From Bryobacterales bacterium (lineage in GTDB: Bacteria; Acidobacteriota; Terriglobia; Bryobacterales; UBA6623), in NCBI GenBank assembly GCA_965219585.1, contig CBDCOA010000003.1, forward strand, positions 593,375-657,374: a stretch of DNA of 64,000 nt. Direction: 5' to 3'. Made by a program: the position numbers and the translations under genes. The notes beneath the pieces are model-generated. The model worked only from the letters and a program-made list of their open reading frames with translations. It was not told where the DNA came from and made no database searches. Below are positions 52,159-61,608 of this stretch, in pieces; position 1 is the first letter of the stretch; every line of letters begins with the position of its first letter.

Positions 52159-52400
52159 TTGAGGCGGCCTCATAGAGGTCGAATCCCCAGTTCCACACCT
52201 TGCGGACTCGCAGCCTGCCGCTCCGAAGGGCGGTTGCGAGCGAATTGGCAGAGGCCGAGCATCGTCGCCGGGATTCGAGACAGGCTTCGACCACGTGAGC
52301 CCGCGCTCAGTTTGCCTCCCGCTAGAACGGTAAAATATCTAAACCTTTCGGGGCCTGTGCCGGATCCGAAGAACGGCGAGGCCTCTTCTCCGCCGGCCGA

Positions 52401-53534
52401 ATGCTGTTGCGGAGGCCGTGCGAAAACGCTGGAACCAAGAACGTGAGCAGTATCGACAAGTTGACGCGAGCCATTTCTCGCGGACTGGGTTTCCTTGAGG
52501 AGCATCAGCACTCGGACGGACATTGGCAGGACTTTGGCCTCCCCTTCGAGAGCGACATGTGGGTGACTGCATATGTGGGCACCATGGTGTCGGGGGTTTC
52601 GCTTGGCAACACTCGTGAGATGGCCGAGCGCGGCTACGCTTGGCTCCAGCAGGTTGCCAATCGCGGTCGATGGGCTTATGCGGACGAGGCAGCCCTCGAC
52701 GCCGACTCCACCATTTGGGCCTCCCGCCTCGGAGAGCAACTGGGACTCGGGATCTCTTCGGAGACCTTGGAATTCCTGCACAAACACGTCTGCGAGGACG
52801 GTCTAGTCGCGACCTACATGCACGAGGACTTTCTCGAGAGATACGGCGACAGCTTTCAGATGCAGAACCCTGGCTGGTACCGTGGCCACGCTTGCGTCAG
52901 CAGCGCAGCCAGTTCGCTCGGCGGGTTGCCTTGGCGGGACAGAATAGTTCGCGCGCTAAGCCTCGCCCAACAGTCAACGGGTTCTTGGCAGGGATATTGG
53001 TGGCTCGACCCCGAATACGCTACGGCGCTCAGCATTGAGGGCCTCCTTGGCTCCGTAGAATATGCACATAGCGTGGAGGCCGGGGCGCAATGGTTGTCCC
53101 GCCGAGCGCGAGACGGTGCGGCGAAGACACCGCACTTTCCCGAAGGATCGCCCTTTGCGACCGGTCTCGCCCTTCGAGGGCTCTGCATGGCTGGCGAGCG
53201 CGGCCCCGTTCAAGAGCGCATAGGCGCTTGGCTAGCAAACGCACAGAAGCGCGACGGTAGCTGGAGTTCTTCCGCTACGCTGCTGGTGCCCAACCCTCAC
53301 ATGATGCGCCCCAACCCGCTCTTGTGGCTTCCCGGGGACCGCAAGCGAACCCGTTGGGAAACAGTCTTTTGGGACCAACACCGGCTCCATACAACCTCTA
53401 CCGTGATCAACGCCCTTTGGCAGCTGCTGGTAGCCATGGAACTCGATGGGAACGCTAGCCCGAGCGCCGAGGATTCAGACCTCGGCGAATCCGACAGCGC
53501 CAAGGCGGAGCCTAGCCCGGGGGCCGCGAGTTAA
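52401..53534 (+). CDS. Prenyltransferase / squalene-cyclase-repeat (alpha/alpha-toroid) protein, no signal peptide
   Basis: Has three QW-type repeats (LEEHQHSDGHWQD, LAQQSTGSWQGYWW, LANAQKRDGSWSS) and an acidic, disordered C-terminus. An alternative GTG start lies at 52443. Confidence 0.6.
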   Translation: MLLRRPCENAGTKNVSSIDKLTRAISRGLGFLEEHQHSDGHWQDFGLPFESDMWVTAYVGTMVSGVSLGNTREMAERGYAWLQQVANRGRWAYADEAALDADSTIWASRLGEQLGLGISSETLEFLHKHVCEDGLVATYMHEDFLERYGDSFQMQNPGWYRGHACVSSAASSLGGLPWRDRIVRALSLAQQSTGSWQGYWWLDPEYATALSIEGLLGSVEYAHSVEAGAQWLSRRARDGAAKTPHFPEGSPFATGLALRGLCMAGERGPVQERIGAWLANAQKRDGSWSSSATLLVPNPHMMRPNPLLWLPGDRKRTRWETVFWDQHRLHTTSTVINALWQLLVAMELDGNASPSAEDSDLGESDSAKAEPSPGAAS

Positions 53535-56473
53535 GCCGACTGGCGACGGACAAGGTCTTGAAACAGACCCTCTGTTGCCGCCAGTTCCGCGAACGACCCT
53601 TGCTGGACCACTCTTCCTGCGCTCAGCACATAGATCCGATCCGCCTGGCGCAAGGTGGAGAGCCGGTGGGCAATGACAAGTCGCGTGGCAGTAAGGCTTG
53701 CGAGATTGTCCATGACCTCGGCCTGGCTCTCGTTGTCTAGCCAGTTCGTGGCTTCGTCCAAGAACAAGATGCGCGGATTCCGAATCAGGGCGTGGGCGAC
53801 GACGATCCGCTGGCTTTCGCCTCCCGACATGACGCTGGCTCTGGCACCAACGTTTGTCATCATGCCCATCGGCATCGCTGAGATCACCCGATCCACGGCC
53901 GCGACCTGAGCTGCATTCCATACCTCCGCCGAAGTCGCATCCTCGTAGTCGCCGACAATGTTGTCCCACACGTCTTCCGGATGCAGCTGCACATCTTGCG
54001 GGACCACGCCAACATTGCGACGCAATTGCTTGACATTGAGATGTTTGAGGTCGCGGCCATCGTAGTACACCGCTCCAGACGATGGCTGGTGCAGGCCCAG
54101 CGCGAGCTTGAATAGCGTGCTCTTGCCCGAACCTGACTCGCCCGTTATGGCGACGAACTCGCCGGGATTTGCTCGTATGGACACGTCGTCCAGCATCAGT
54201 GGGCCCTCAGGATCGAATCGAAAGCTGACATGATCAAACGCGACCTCGCCTCCCAAGTGGTCGACGGATTCTCCGTCAACGTCTACTTCTGGAGGCTCGG
54301 CAAGCAGTGGCTGCAACTGTGTGAAGGCCGGCACGCTAGCAGCGACTGCACTGAAAGAGCAGCTAAGGTTGGTCACGGCCGACTGGAACAGCACCAACAG
54401 GGTGTAGACGACCAGAAAGTCCCCGACCGATAGCGTGTCCCGGTCTGCCGACGAAGCCGCCAGGATCAGCCCGGCACCGGCCAGGAAGGGCAATGCTTCC
54501 CCGAACGCCCGCAGATGCTGTTCGAAAGCACCAACTCTCAGCTCGGCGTGCTTCTGCTCGCGGTAGTCTCGAGCCCAAGCTGCGAACGCCGAACCCTCCG
54601 CTCCGGAGACTCGCAATCGAGTAATGCCGTTGATGAGTTGGAACAGCCGGCCCGCAAGGCGCTGGACAGCGTGGATCAGGCGACCGTGGGGCGCGATCTG
54701 ACACATGCCTAGTGCCAGGGTCACTGCCAGGGACACAAGACCGAATGCGAGGGTCACGCTACCTAGCACGGAGTCGTAGAAGAAGGTGACCAACAGCGCG
54801 GGGGACAGGAATGCGACTGAAAGAACAGAGTTGCCCACAAAGCCGTGCGCCGCGTCGCGGAGGTTCTGGAACGCCATGCCCCGCATTGCGAGGTCACCTG
54901 CGGCATACCGGTGCAGGATGGCTGGCGAGAGCCGGAGCATTCGGTCCCAGAAGGAGGCTTCCATTCGCGATGCCGCCCGTCCTCCCAAGCGCATCAATGA
55001 AGTGCCTCTGAGAACGTGCAAGAGCGCCCCGATGACCGCGAGCGTCGCCAGTACAGCCGCGATCGGGTACAACAGATCGGTATCGCCGGTCGGAATCATC
55101 TCGTCCGCGACAATGCCCAGCACTATCGCCGGCAACAGCATGACCAGGCCAGCCGCCAGCCCGCTTGCCACGAATCGCACGAGATCGGCGGAGACACCGT
55201 TGCGCGCTATGCGCAAAAGGTCTCGCGGAGCGGCGCTGGCGGAGGGCAGGGGCGTGTAGAAGATCCACGCTTCAGGACGCAACGATTCGGAAGCACTAGC
55301 CGTCATCCTTGTCTTCCGCCGCCGGATCGGATCGACCTGTCGGTAGGCTCCGAAGGATCTCGGCAGGAGAGCAACGGGCTGGCCGTCGACAGCCCGGAAC
55401 GCCAGCATTGGACCGCTGTCACCGGTCCACCATTGATCTGCGGTGTCAAGCCGGACTCGTCGCGCACGCACCCCCGACGCGGCGAGCACCTCGGCGAGGC
55501 CTCTGGTCGCATCCGATGTGGTCGGCCGCGCAGGCCACTTGAATTCAATGCCCTGATGCCGGCCAATGATCCGCAACGCCTCTTGCAGCGGTGATTCGCC
55601 CGCGCCTTCAGCGCCATCGACCGGAAGATCGTAGAGATTGAACAGGCCGCGCCGGGCGCTATCTTCGTCCACTCGGCGACTGGTGGCCCGTGCCCAGTCC
55701 AGGTTTGCTTGGTCGACGACTGCCAGCCTGCGATTGAGCCGTTCCAAAGAAAAGCCCATGGCGTGGAAGCTTGCCAAAGCAGGGAGCAATAGGCCCTTGT
55801 CGGCGAGCGCTTCGGAAGACTGGGCCGAGACCGCCACCTCCTTGTCTGTTACGGTCAGCCAGAGACTTGGCGTGAGCGCTACGGCGGTGTGGCCGGCATC
55901 CTGTTCCGGCAAGTCCAGCCCGACGTCCAGCAGCCCCATGAACAATGCCGAGCCTGGAGGTAGTTCCGACACCCATGCCACGCCCCGGCGCGCCGAGAGC
56001 GTGCCCGGTTGCGCCGTTAGAGCCTTCCCCGGTTCTGCCAGCAGATCCGGGCGCGGCCGGTCGCCGACGTCCCGCGACAGAACGGCCGAAACGTCCGCGA
56101 GCCAAGCGTCGACTTGTTCTGCAAATTCTTCGCTTCGGACAGCGGCCAAGCTGGCTACGGGAATGCGCCGGAGCACCGTGCCGGGCAGTCCCTTTGCAAG
56201 CAGCCCGAGAGTCGTGTCTTCGACCTGAGGCTCCACTCCGAGCAGCAGGCGTCCGGTGTCGGTGCGCATCAGGTGCTGCGGTGCAGACTGCTCCACTCCG
56301 TCCTGCCACTCGGTCAGAAACAGGTCGACCGCGCCTTCCTCGATGAACCACGAGCATTGCGGGTCGGCCATGTCGAGCGGCAGATTGCCGGCGCACGGGA
56401 CCCGTTCGCCGAACTCTAGGGCGAGCTCGGCGAGGGAGCGGAATTCCCGGTCTGCCATCGGACTAGCCAGCAC
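53531..56473 (-). CDS. NHLP-type bacteriocin system ABC transporter 2 (cNMP-binding-like N-domain, permease, ATPase; no peptidase)
   Basis: 980 aa. The C-terminal ABC ATPase has Walker A GESGSGKST, signature MSGGESQR and Walker B ILFLDEAT. The long N-terminal region starts with a cyclic-nucleotide-binding-like fold. The start overlaps the stop of the upstream ABC gene. Confidence 0.75.
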   Translation of the reverse strand: MLASPMADREFRSLAELALEFGERVPCAGNLPLDMADPQCSWFIEEGAVDLFLTEWQDGVEQSAPQHLMRTDTGRLLLGVEPQVEDTTLGLLAKGLPGTVLRRIPVASLAAVRSEEFAEQVDAWLADVSAVLSRDVGDRPRPDLLAEPGKALTAQPGTLSARRGVAWVSELPPGSALFMGLLDVGLDLPEQDAGHTAVALTPSLWLTVTDKEVAVSAQSSEALADKGLLLPALASFHAMGFSLERLNRRLAVVDQANLDWARATSRRVDEDSARRGLFNLYDLPVDGAEGAGESPLQEALRIIGRHQGIEFKWPARPTTSDATRGLAEVLAASGVRARRVRLDTADQWWTGDSGPMLAFRAVDGQPVALLPRSFGAYRQVDPIRRRKTRMTASASESLRPEAWIFYTPLPSASAAPRDLLRIARNGVSADLVRFVASGLAAGLVMLLPAIVLGIVADEMIPTGDTDLLYPIAAVLATLAVIGALLHVLRGTSLMRLGGRAASRMEASFWDRMLRLSPAILHRYAAGDLAMRGMAFQNLRDAAHGFVGNSVLSVAFLSPALLVTFFYDSVLGSVTLAFGLVSLAVTLALGMCQIAPHGRLIHAVQRLAGRLFQLINGITRLRVSGAEGSAFAAWARDYREQKHAELRVGAFEQHLRAFGEALPFLAGAGLILAASSADRDTLSVGDFLVVYTLLVLFQSAVTNLSCSFSAVAASVPAFTQLQPLLAEPPEVDVDGESVDHLGGEVAFDHVSFRFDPEGPLMLDDVSIRANPGEFVAITGESGSGKSTLFKLALGLHQPSSGAVYYDGRDLKHLNVKQLRRNVGVVPQDVQLHPEDVWDNIVGDYEDATSAEVWNAAQVAAVDRVISAMPMGMMTNVGARASVMSGGESQRIVVAHALIRNPRILFLDEATNWLDNESQAEVMDNLASLTATRLVIAHRLSTLRQADRIYVLSAGRVVQQGSFAELAATEGLFQDLVRRQSA

Positions 56474-57700
56474 TGACGAGCCGGAAGTACGTGCCGTCCC
56501 GGTCCTGCATCAAGTCGTCATGGGTGCCGCGCTGGACTTCCGCGCCTTGCTCCAGCACGATGATCTCGTCGCAGTCTCGGACCGTGCTCAACCGGTGCGC
56601 CACGATCAGGCAGCTGCAGCCGCGACGACGCAATGCGTCGTCCACACGCTCTTCCGTTGTGGCGTCAAGGGCGCTCGTCGCCTCGTCGAGTACCAGGACG
56701 GTCGGGTTGCCAGCCAGCGCGCGCGCGATCTCCAGCCGCTGCTTCTGCCCTCCGCTGAAATTCCCCCCGCCTTCGTCGACCTGCGTCGCATAGCCGAGCG
56801 GCCTGCTGAGAATCTCGTCATGAATGCCGGCATCCCTTGCCGCAGCGACCAGGACCTCGTCGGGCACGGTCGGGTTCCAAAGCGTAATGTTCTCGCGCAG
56901 GCTGGCTGAGAAGAGGACGAAATGCTGGTCCACCATCGACACCGAGCGCGACAGCACGTCTTCCGGTATCTCGGACCGACCGCGGCTGTCGAAGAGTATT
57001 TCGCCGGACCAAGGCTGATAGACACCAGCAACCAACCGCGAAAGGGTCGATTTTCCTGAGCCGCTCGGACCGACAACGGCAACCCTCTGCCCCGGCTCGA
57101 TTCTCAAACTGAAATCCTTGATCAGCGGCGGGCGGCTCCGGTTGTAGCCGAAGGTAACGTTCCGCAATTCGACGCGCCCAGAGAGACGCAGCCGCCCGTC
57201 GAGCGTAGCGATTGCCTCTGAGGCTTGGCTTCGCCCGGCCAAGCCCGGATCCTCCTCGGCTTCAGTGATGTCTTCCAGTCTCTGCATGTCGCTCTCGAGA
57301 GCCTGGCGCTCTCCGAAGAACTCCACGAACCGCCCGACGGGCGCAAGGAACATGGACGCCACGATGTAAAACGCCACCAGCGTGCCCAAAGTCATCGCTC
57401 CAGCCACGACCTGGGCAGCCCCGAAGGCCAAGACCGTCACGTTGCCGAGAACCGTGAACAAGTCCGGCAGGGCCGCGTTGCAATGGCCCAGCTCGGCGAA
57501 TCGTTGGTGAGCGGCCAGCGCGCGAGCCTGATGGCCGCCCCAGCGCGAAAAGAAGCGGTCGTCCGACGCTGTCACGCGCAGGATGTCCGTCCGCTCCAGC
57601 ATCAACATGCCGATGCCGACCAGCAGTCCACGCTCGCGCCTCAGGGCATGGCTGCTGTCCGTTCGAAGTCGCGTGACCCACCAAGCCGCCACCGCGTTTA
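56463..57700 (-). pseudogene. C-terminal fragment of the C39-peptidase ABC exporter (NHLP system ABC1), separated from its 5' part by IS110
   Basis: Reads ..NAVAAWWVTRLRTDSS...FFSRWGG... then the ATPase (Walker A GPSGSGKST, signature FSGGQKQR, Walker B VLVLDEATS). It joins in frame to 59486-60442 when 57701-59490 is removed. Confidence 0.85.
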
Positions 57701-59485
57701 CTGAGAAACGTCATCGTGGGGGAGGCGCACCGCTCCCCCACCCCGCGGTCGTGAAGTTCCGCGGTCCGCCGTTGTATGCCCACCAGCCGGCGGATCAGCA
57801 GCCCGCCACGGTAGCCCCGATCTGTGTCCGGAGCGGTGCCGCGCCACCGTCGGCGGTGGGCCTAGGATGGGATCGAACTCAGGCGGCCGCCGGCTGCGGG
57901 CCGCCGGAACGGGCGCGCTCGATATAGCCGTGCTCTTCGAGCTTGCGCAGCCAGCGGGCCGCGTTGCGGTCCACCACCAGCTTGTCGTAGTCGATGCCCG
58001 GATCGATGTAGGGACGCTGCTCGCGCAACATCGCCACGATCGTGCGCAGCAGCTTGTGCGCCGTCGCCAAGATGGCGCGCTTGTACGGCATATGCGCCTT
58101 GAGCGCGTTGTGGTGGCCGTGGAACTGCGAGCCCTTGCTGCGCACGGCGCCGTGAGCGCACTCGGCCAGCGTGGCCCGCAGCGTGGCATTGCCGCGCCGC
58201 AAGCGCCCCGAGCGCCGCTTGCCGGCACTCTCGTTGTTGCCCGGGGCCAGCCCGGCCCAAGCGGCCACGTTGGCCGTCTTGTCGAAGGCTGACAGGTCGG
58301 GCCCCAACTCGACCAAGATCGCGCAGGCGCTGCCGCGGTCAATGCCCGGCACCGTCTCCAGCAAACGCACCTGTTCCTCCAGCTCGGACAAGCCCTCTGC
58401 CAGGCGGGCATCCAACTCCGCGATGCTCGCGTTGGCCGCCTCGTGCGTGCGCAGCAGGTCGCCCAGCTTCCACACCGCGTGCGCATCCAATTTCGCTTGC
58501 AGCACTTGCGCGAGCAACTCGCGCTTGTGGCGCACGTGTCCGCTGAGCGTGGCCAGGATCTCGTCCGGCGAGTTGCCCGCGGTCAGCCCCGCCAGGATCT
58601 TGCGCCCATTGCGCCCGAAGATGTCGCTCAGCGCCCCGCCCAGCCGCAGCCCGTCGTGGTCCAGCGTCTTGTGGATGCGGTTGCGCGCCCGGCTGCGCTC
58701 GCCCACCAGCTTGCGGCGGTAGCGGCTCAGCTGGCGCAACTGGCGGAACTTGCGCGGCGGCACGTAGCTGGGCCGACACAGCCCGAACTGGCAAATGCGC
58801 GCCAGCCAGACGCTGTCGGCCACGTCGCTCTTGCGGCCTTTCACCTGCCGCACAAATTGCGCGTGGAATAGCTGCGGCGCGATGCCGGCGGCCTCCAGCG
58901 CCTCCCACGGGGCCTGCCAGAAAATGCCGGTGGCCTCCATGGCCGCGGCCGTGACGCGATGGCTGTGCAGCCACTGGGTCAGCTCTGCCAGCCCGTCGGG
59001 CAAGGCGCTGAACTGGCGCGTGGCGCACTGCACGCCGCCGCCGGGCTGGCACAGCCGCACCGAGGCGGTGATCTGCATCTTGTGCACATCGAGTCCGGCC
59101 GCGCGTGGATGCACGACGTGCATCTCGTCGGGCTGCAGGCTCTCGCCTGCTGGGGTGGTCATGCTGTATCCTCCTGTACAGCGGAGGCGGGTGATGCTGG
59201 CCCGGGGAAATCCCTCGGCTCGCGAGCGAGCCGGGGCTCGATTTACTGTGCGTCCTAGGCCGCAGCCTGGTACGGTACGGGGCTCGAAGGGGCGCAGCGG
59301 CGTCAGTTTAGATAACGAGGTCGGGGGCCACGGCCCTTGCGGGGACCGCAGCCCTTCCACCACTTAGAGATCCGATCTTGCACCCACCTCCGCTACCTGC
59401 AAACCTAGCAACTGAGGTGGCCCCTACGCCGCCGGCAACCCTCGCCCGTTTCATGCATACGGGGTGGCTGCACGCGGCCATGGGT
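57701..59485 (-). mobile_element. IS110-family insertion sequence (~1785 bp) inserted in the C39-ABC exporter gene
   Basis: The 5-mer GTTTA is present at both junctions (57696-57700 and 59486-59490). Deleting one copy plus the intervening 1785 bp restores a continuous 729-codon ORF (...LALAALN|AVAAWWV...). The element carries an IS110-type transposase and has no obvious terminal inverted repeats, as is usual for this family. Confidence 0.85.
57879..59162 (-). CDS. IS110-family (DEDD) transposase/recombinase
   Basis: The ATG at 59160-59162 is preceded by AGGAGGA. The N-terminal part has AAGLDVHK...MEATG (RuvC-like DEDD domain). The C-terminal part has the Transposase_20-like region (VPGIDRGSACAILVELG..., AGLAPG...SAGKRR). 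Confidence 0.9.
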   Translation of the reverse strand: MTTPAGESLQPDEMHVVHPRAAGLDVHKMQITASVRLCQPGGGVQCATRQFSALPDGLAELTQWLHSHRVTAAAMEATGIFWQAPWEALEAAGIAPQLFHAQFVRQVKGRKSDVADSVWLARICQFGLCRPSYVPPRKFRQLRQLSRYRRKLVGERSRARNRIHKTLDHDGLRLGGALSDIFGRNGRKILAGLTAGNSPDEILATLSGHVRHKRELLAQVLQAKLDAHAVWKLGDLLRTHEAANASIAELDARLAEGLSELEEQVRLLETVPGIDRGSACAILVELGPDLSAFDKTANVAAWAGLAPGNNESAGKRRSGRLRRGNATLRATLAECAHGAVRSKGSQFHGHHNALKAHMPYKRAILATAHKLLRTIVAMLREQRPYIDPGIDYDKLVVDRNAARWLRKLEEHGYIERARSGGPQPAAA

Positions 59486-60442
59486 GTTTAGCGCGGCGAG
59501 AGCCAGCACGACCAGCGCGAGCGCCGGATCGTACGCTAGCATGGCCGCCAAGAACACTGCGCTCGTCGCAATCTCGATCAACAAGCCGAGAAAATGCTCC
59601 GACAGGCCTGTGGCGACCTTGTCAACGGCAAGGACGCGATCTGTAAGGTCGCCGACGAGGCGGTGGCTGAAATACTCGACGGGCAACCGGAGCAGCCGTG
59701 AGACACACCGATTTCCAGCGATCACTGAGGCCCGCACGGACAGCCGCAGCAGCCACCGCTGCTTCAACCAAGCCAGGCCATAGACGAGTATCGCCGTGCC
59801 ACCCATGATCGCGGCGATGACGCCACCCCAAGGCTCGCGGCCCCCAACAACGCGATCCACGAAGATACCGAGCATCACAGGTGTAACGAGCGACAGCACG
59901 GCCAGCAGCAATCCGCACACAAAGACGTATGGCAACGCGCCCGAATGACCACCAAACCAAGCCCGGAACTGCCGGAGGGTGCTGGCCCGGGCACCTCCCC
60001 GCATGAAGTCCGGTCCCGGAGCGAACTCCAGCGCGATCCCGGTGAAGCTCTTCCGGAATTCCTCCTCAGGGATCTTGCGGCGTCCTGTGGCTGGGTCGTT
60101 GAGATAGAAGTGCCCCCGATCGAAGCCTTCCAAGATGACGAAGTGATTGAACTCCCAAAACAGGACCAGAGGCAGCGACATTTTTCGCAGAAGCCTCGCG
60201 GGCGCGGTCCGGCCGGTGCACTTCAGCCCGTAATGCCGTGCGGCGCGGACGAGGCCGGCGGCGGAGGAGCCGTCCCGGCCCACTTCACACCGGCCCCGCA
60301 ACTCAGCGAGCGGCACCCAGCGCCCGAAATGCGCAAGGACGCTGCCAAGGCACGCAGCACCGCATTCGGCCGCATGCATCTGCAGGAGCAGCGGTGTCTC
60401 GATGCGCCGCCGCTCACGGGGGATTTGGCGCTTCTCGCTCAA
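59486..60442 (-). pseudogene. N-terminal fragment of the C39-peptidase ABC exporter (NHLP system ABC1)
   Basis: Has a C39 peptidase domain with the catalytic Cys context LLQMHAAECGAACLGSVLAHFG and the later NHFVILEG (His). The first TM helices follow. The native sequence ends at ..LALAALN, then reads into the IS. Confidence 0.85.
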
Positions 60443-60454
60443 TGTCGCTTGTCT

Positions 60455-61369
60455 CTATGGGCGGACCGAATTCGTTCCGAGCAGCCGAGAGCTCAGCAAG
60501 GCTATCGGCCGGTACTGCCCCAGCACGACGCGGATTCGGCAAGCCGCACCGTCGAGGTCGAGCGCGTCCGCCCTCGGATCGAGAGCAACGTCAACTCGGT
60601 GTACTTCACCCACAACCGGAGCGCGCTCAGCCGCCAGCCACTTCGGGAGGGGACCTGGGGTCACCAGAGCCACGCCTGCATTCAGCTGACGGACTCCGCC
60701 GTTGGGCACCGCGACCTCGATGGATGCCTCCATCCCGGATCGGATGCTTCCCGCAAGCCTCGAACCAACTTGCGTCACTGCTTGGACGGTATTGCCATCG
60801 GCCGGAGTCCGAATCTGCGCGACCGCAGTGCCAGGCGGCATGTAGTCTCCCGCAGTCAGCCCCAAGGCCATCACTTCGCCGTCGACATGGCTCGCAAGTG
60901 CCTCTCTTGCCGAACGGCGCGCTTCCAGCTGGAGCATCGCCGAGCGGGCAGCGGCTAGCCGCGAGCGCAAAGCCGCACCACCCCCGGCCGAGGCCCGAGT
61001 CTCCTCTTGCAACAGATCCACGCGGTCACGCAGAGCCTGTATCTCGCGTTCCAGTTCTGGCACGCTTTGTCGCGCAACCGGATCTCCGGCCGCGACTTGA
61101 TCGCCGACATCGACCAGATATTCCACGAGATGGCCCGGCTCGCTCGAGACTACTTCGTGGCGGTCCCCGGGCTTGATCAGTACGCCGTCGATTGTGACTG
61201 TTCGGACAACGCTACCGAACAGCCCCCATGATGCGAGCGCAAGCACCAACGCGCCAATGCCAGCCAGCAGGAGGCGTTCGTGAGGCGCCGCGATGCGCAG
61301 GAGACGGTCGAGTTGCTGGCGCTCGCTCCTGCTGGCGGCGGCTTCCTCCAGAAACGGACTGTTGAACAC
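60455..61369 (-). CDS. HlyD-family secretion adaptor of the NHLP bacteriocin system
   Basis: Has an N-terminal TM anchor (LLLAGIGALVLALASWGLF), a lipoyl-like motif (G.LVEYLVDVGDQVAAGDPVA), a short coiled coil and a beta-barrel region. It sits between the precursor gene and the ABC exporters. Confidence 0.75.
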   Translation of the reverse strand: MFNSPFLEEAAASRSERQQLDRLLRIAAPHERLLLAGIGALVLALASWGLFGSVVRTVTIDGVLIKPGDRHEVVSSEPGHLVEYLVDVGDQVAAGDPVARQSVPELEREIQALRDRVDLLQEETRASAGGGAALRSRLAAARSAMLQLEARRSAREALASHVDGEVMALGLTAGDYMPPGTAVAQIRTPADGNTVQAVTQVGSRLAGSIRSGMEASIEVAVPNGGVRQLNAGVALVTPGPLPKWLAAERAPVVGEVHRVDVALDPRADALDLDGAACRIRVVLGQYRPIALLSSRLLGTNSVRP

Positions 61370-61429
61370 CGGCCTCGCGCCCCCCAGCTACGGCAGGGAT
61401 CCCGCCGAACAATCGCAGCCCAGTCGCTG

Positions 61430-61468
61430 GCTGCTCGGCTCTGGCGGAAACCGCCAGAGCCGAGCAGC
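61430..61468 (-). promoter_or_regulatory. Perfect 18-bp stem / 3-nt loop hairpin between the precursor gene and hlyD
   Basis: GCTGCTCGGCTCTGGCGG-AAA-CCGCCAGAGCCGAGCAGC. No U-tract follows on the minus strand. Confidence 0.7.
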
Positions 61469-61608
61469 GGCCGTACCTGCGAGCAAGCCTCGAACGGGCG
61501 TCGGGAGAACGTTCCCCCCGAGACCGACGGGGCCGGGGCTCGCGATCTGGACATGCTCGAGCACAAGTAGAACCGCTGTCCCCCTTGTGCCCACGATGAG
61601 TTCGAACG

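Noticed and set aside
52401-53534. LanC-like lanthionine cyclase assignment for the alpha/alpha-toroid protein
   Set aside because: The LanC zinc-ligand motifs (WC, CHG) are absent. QW-type repeats fit the prenyltransferase/squalene-cyclase repeat family better.
57698-59052. 262-aa and 237-aa ORFs in other frames of the IS110 transposase gene
   Set aside because: They are Arg/Ala/Pro-rich alternative frames. The IS110 DEDD/Transposase_20 frame explains the region.
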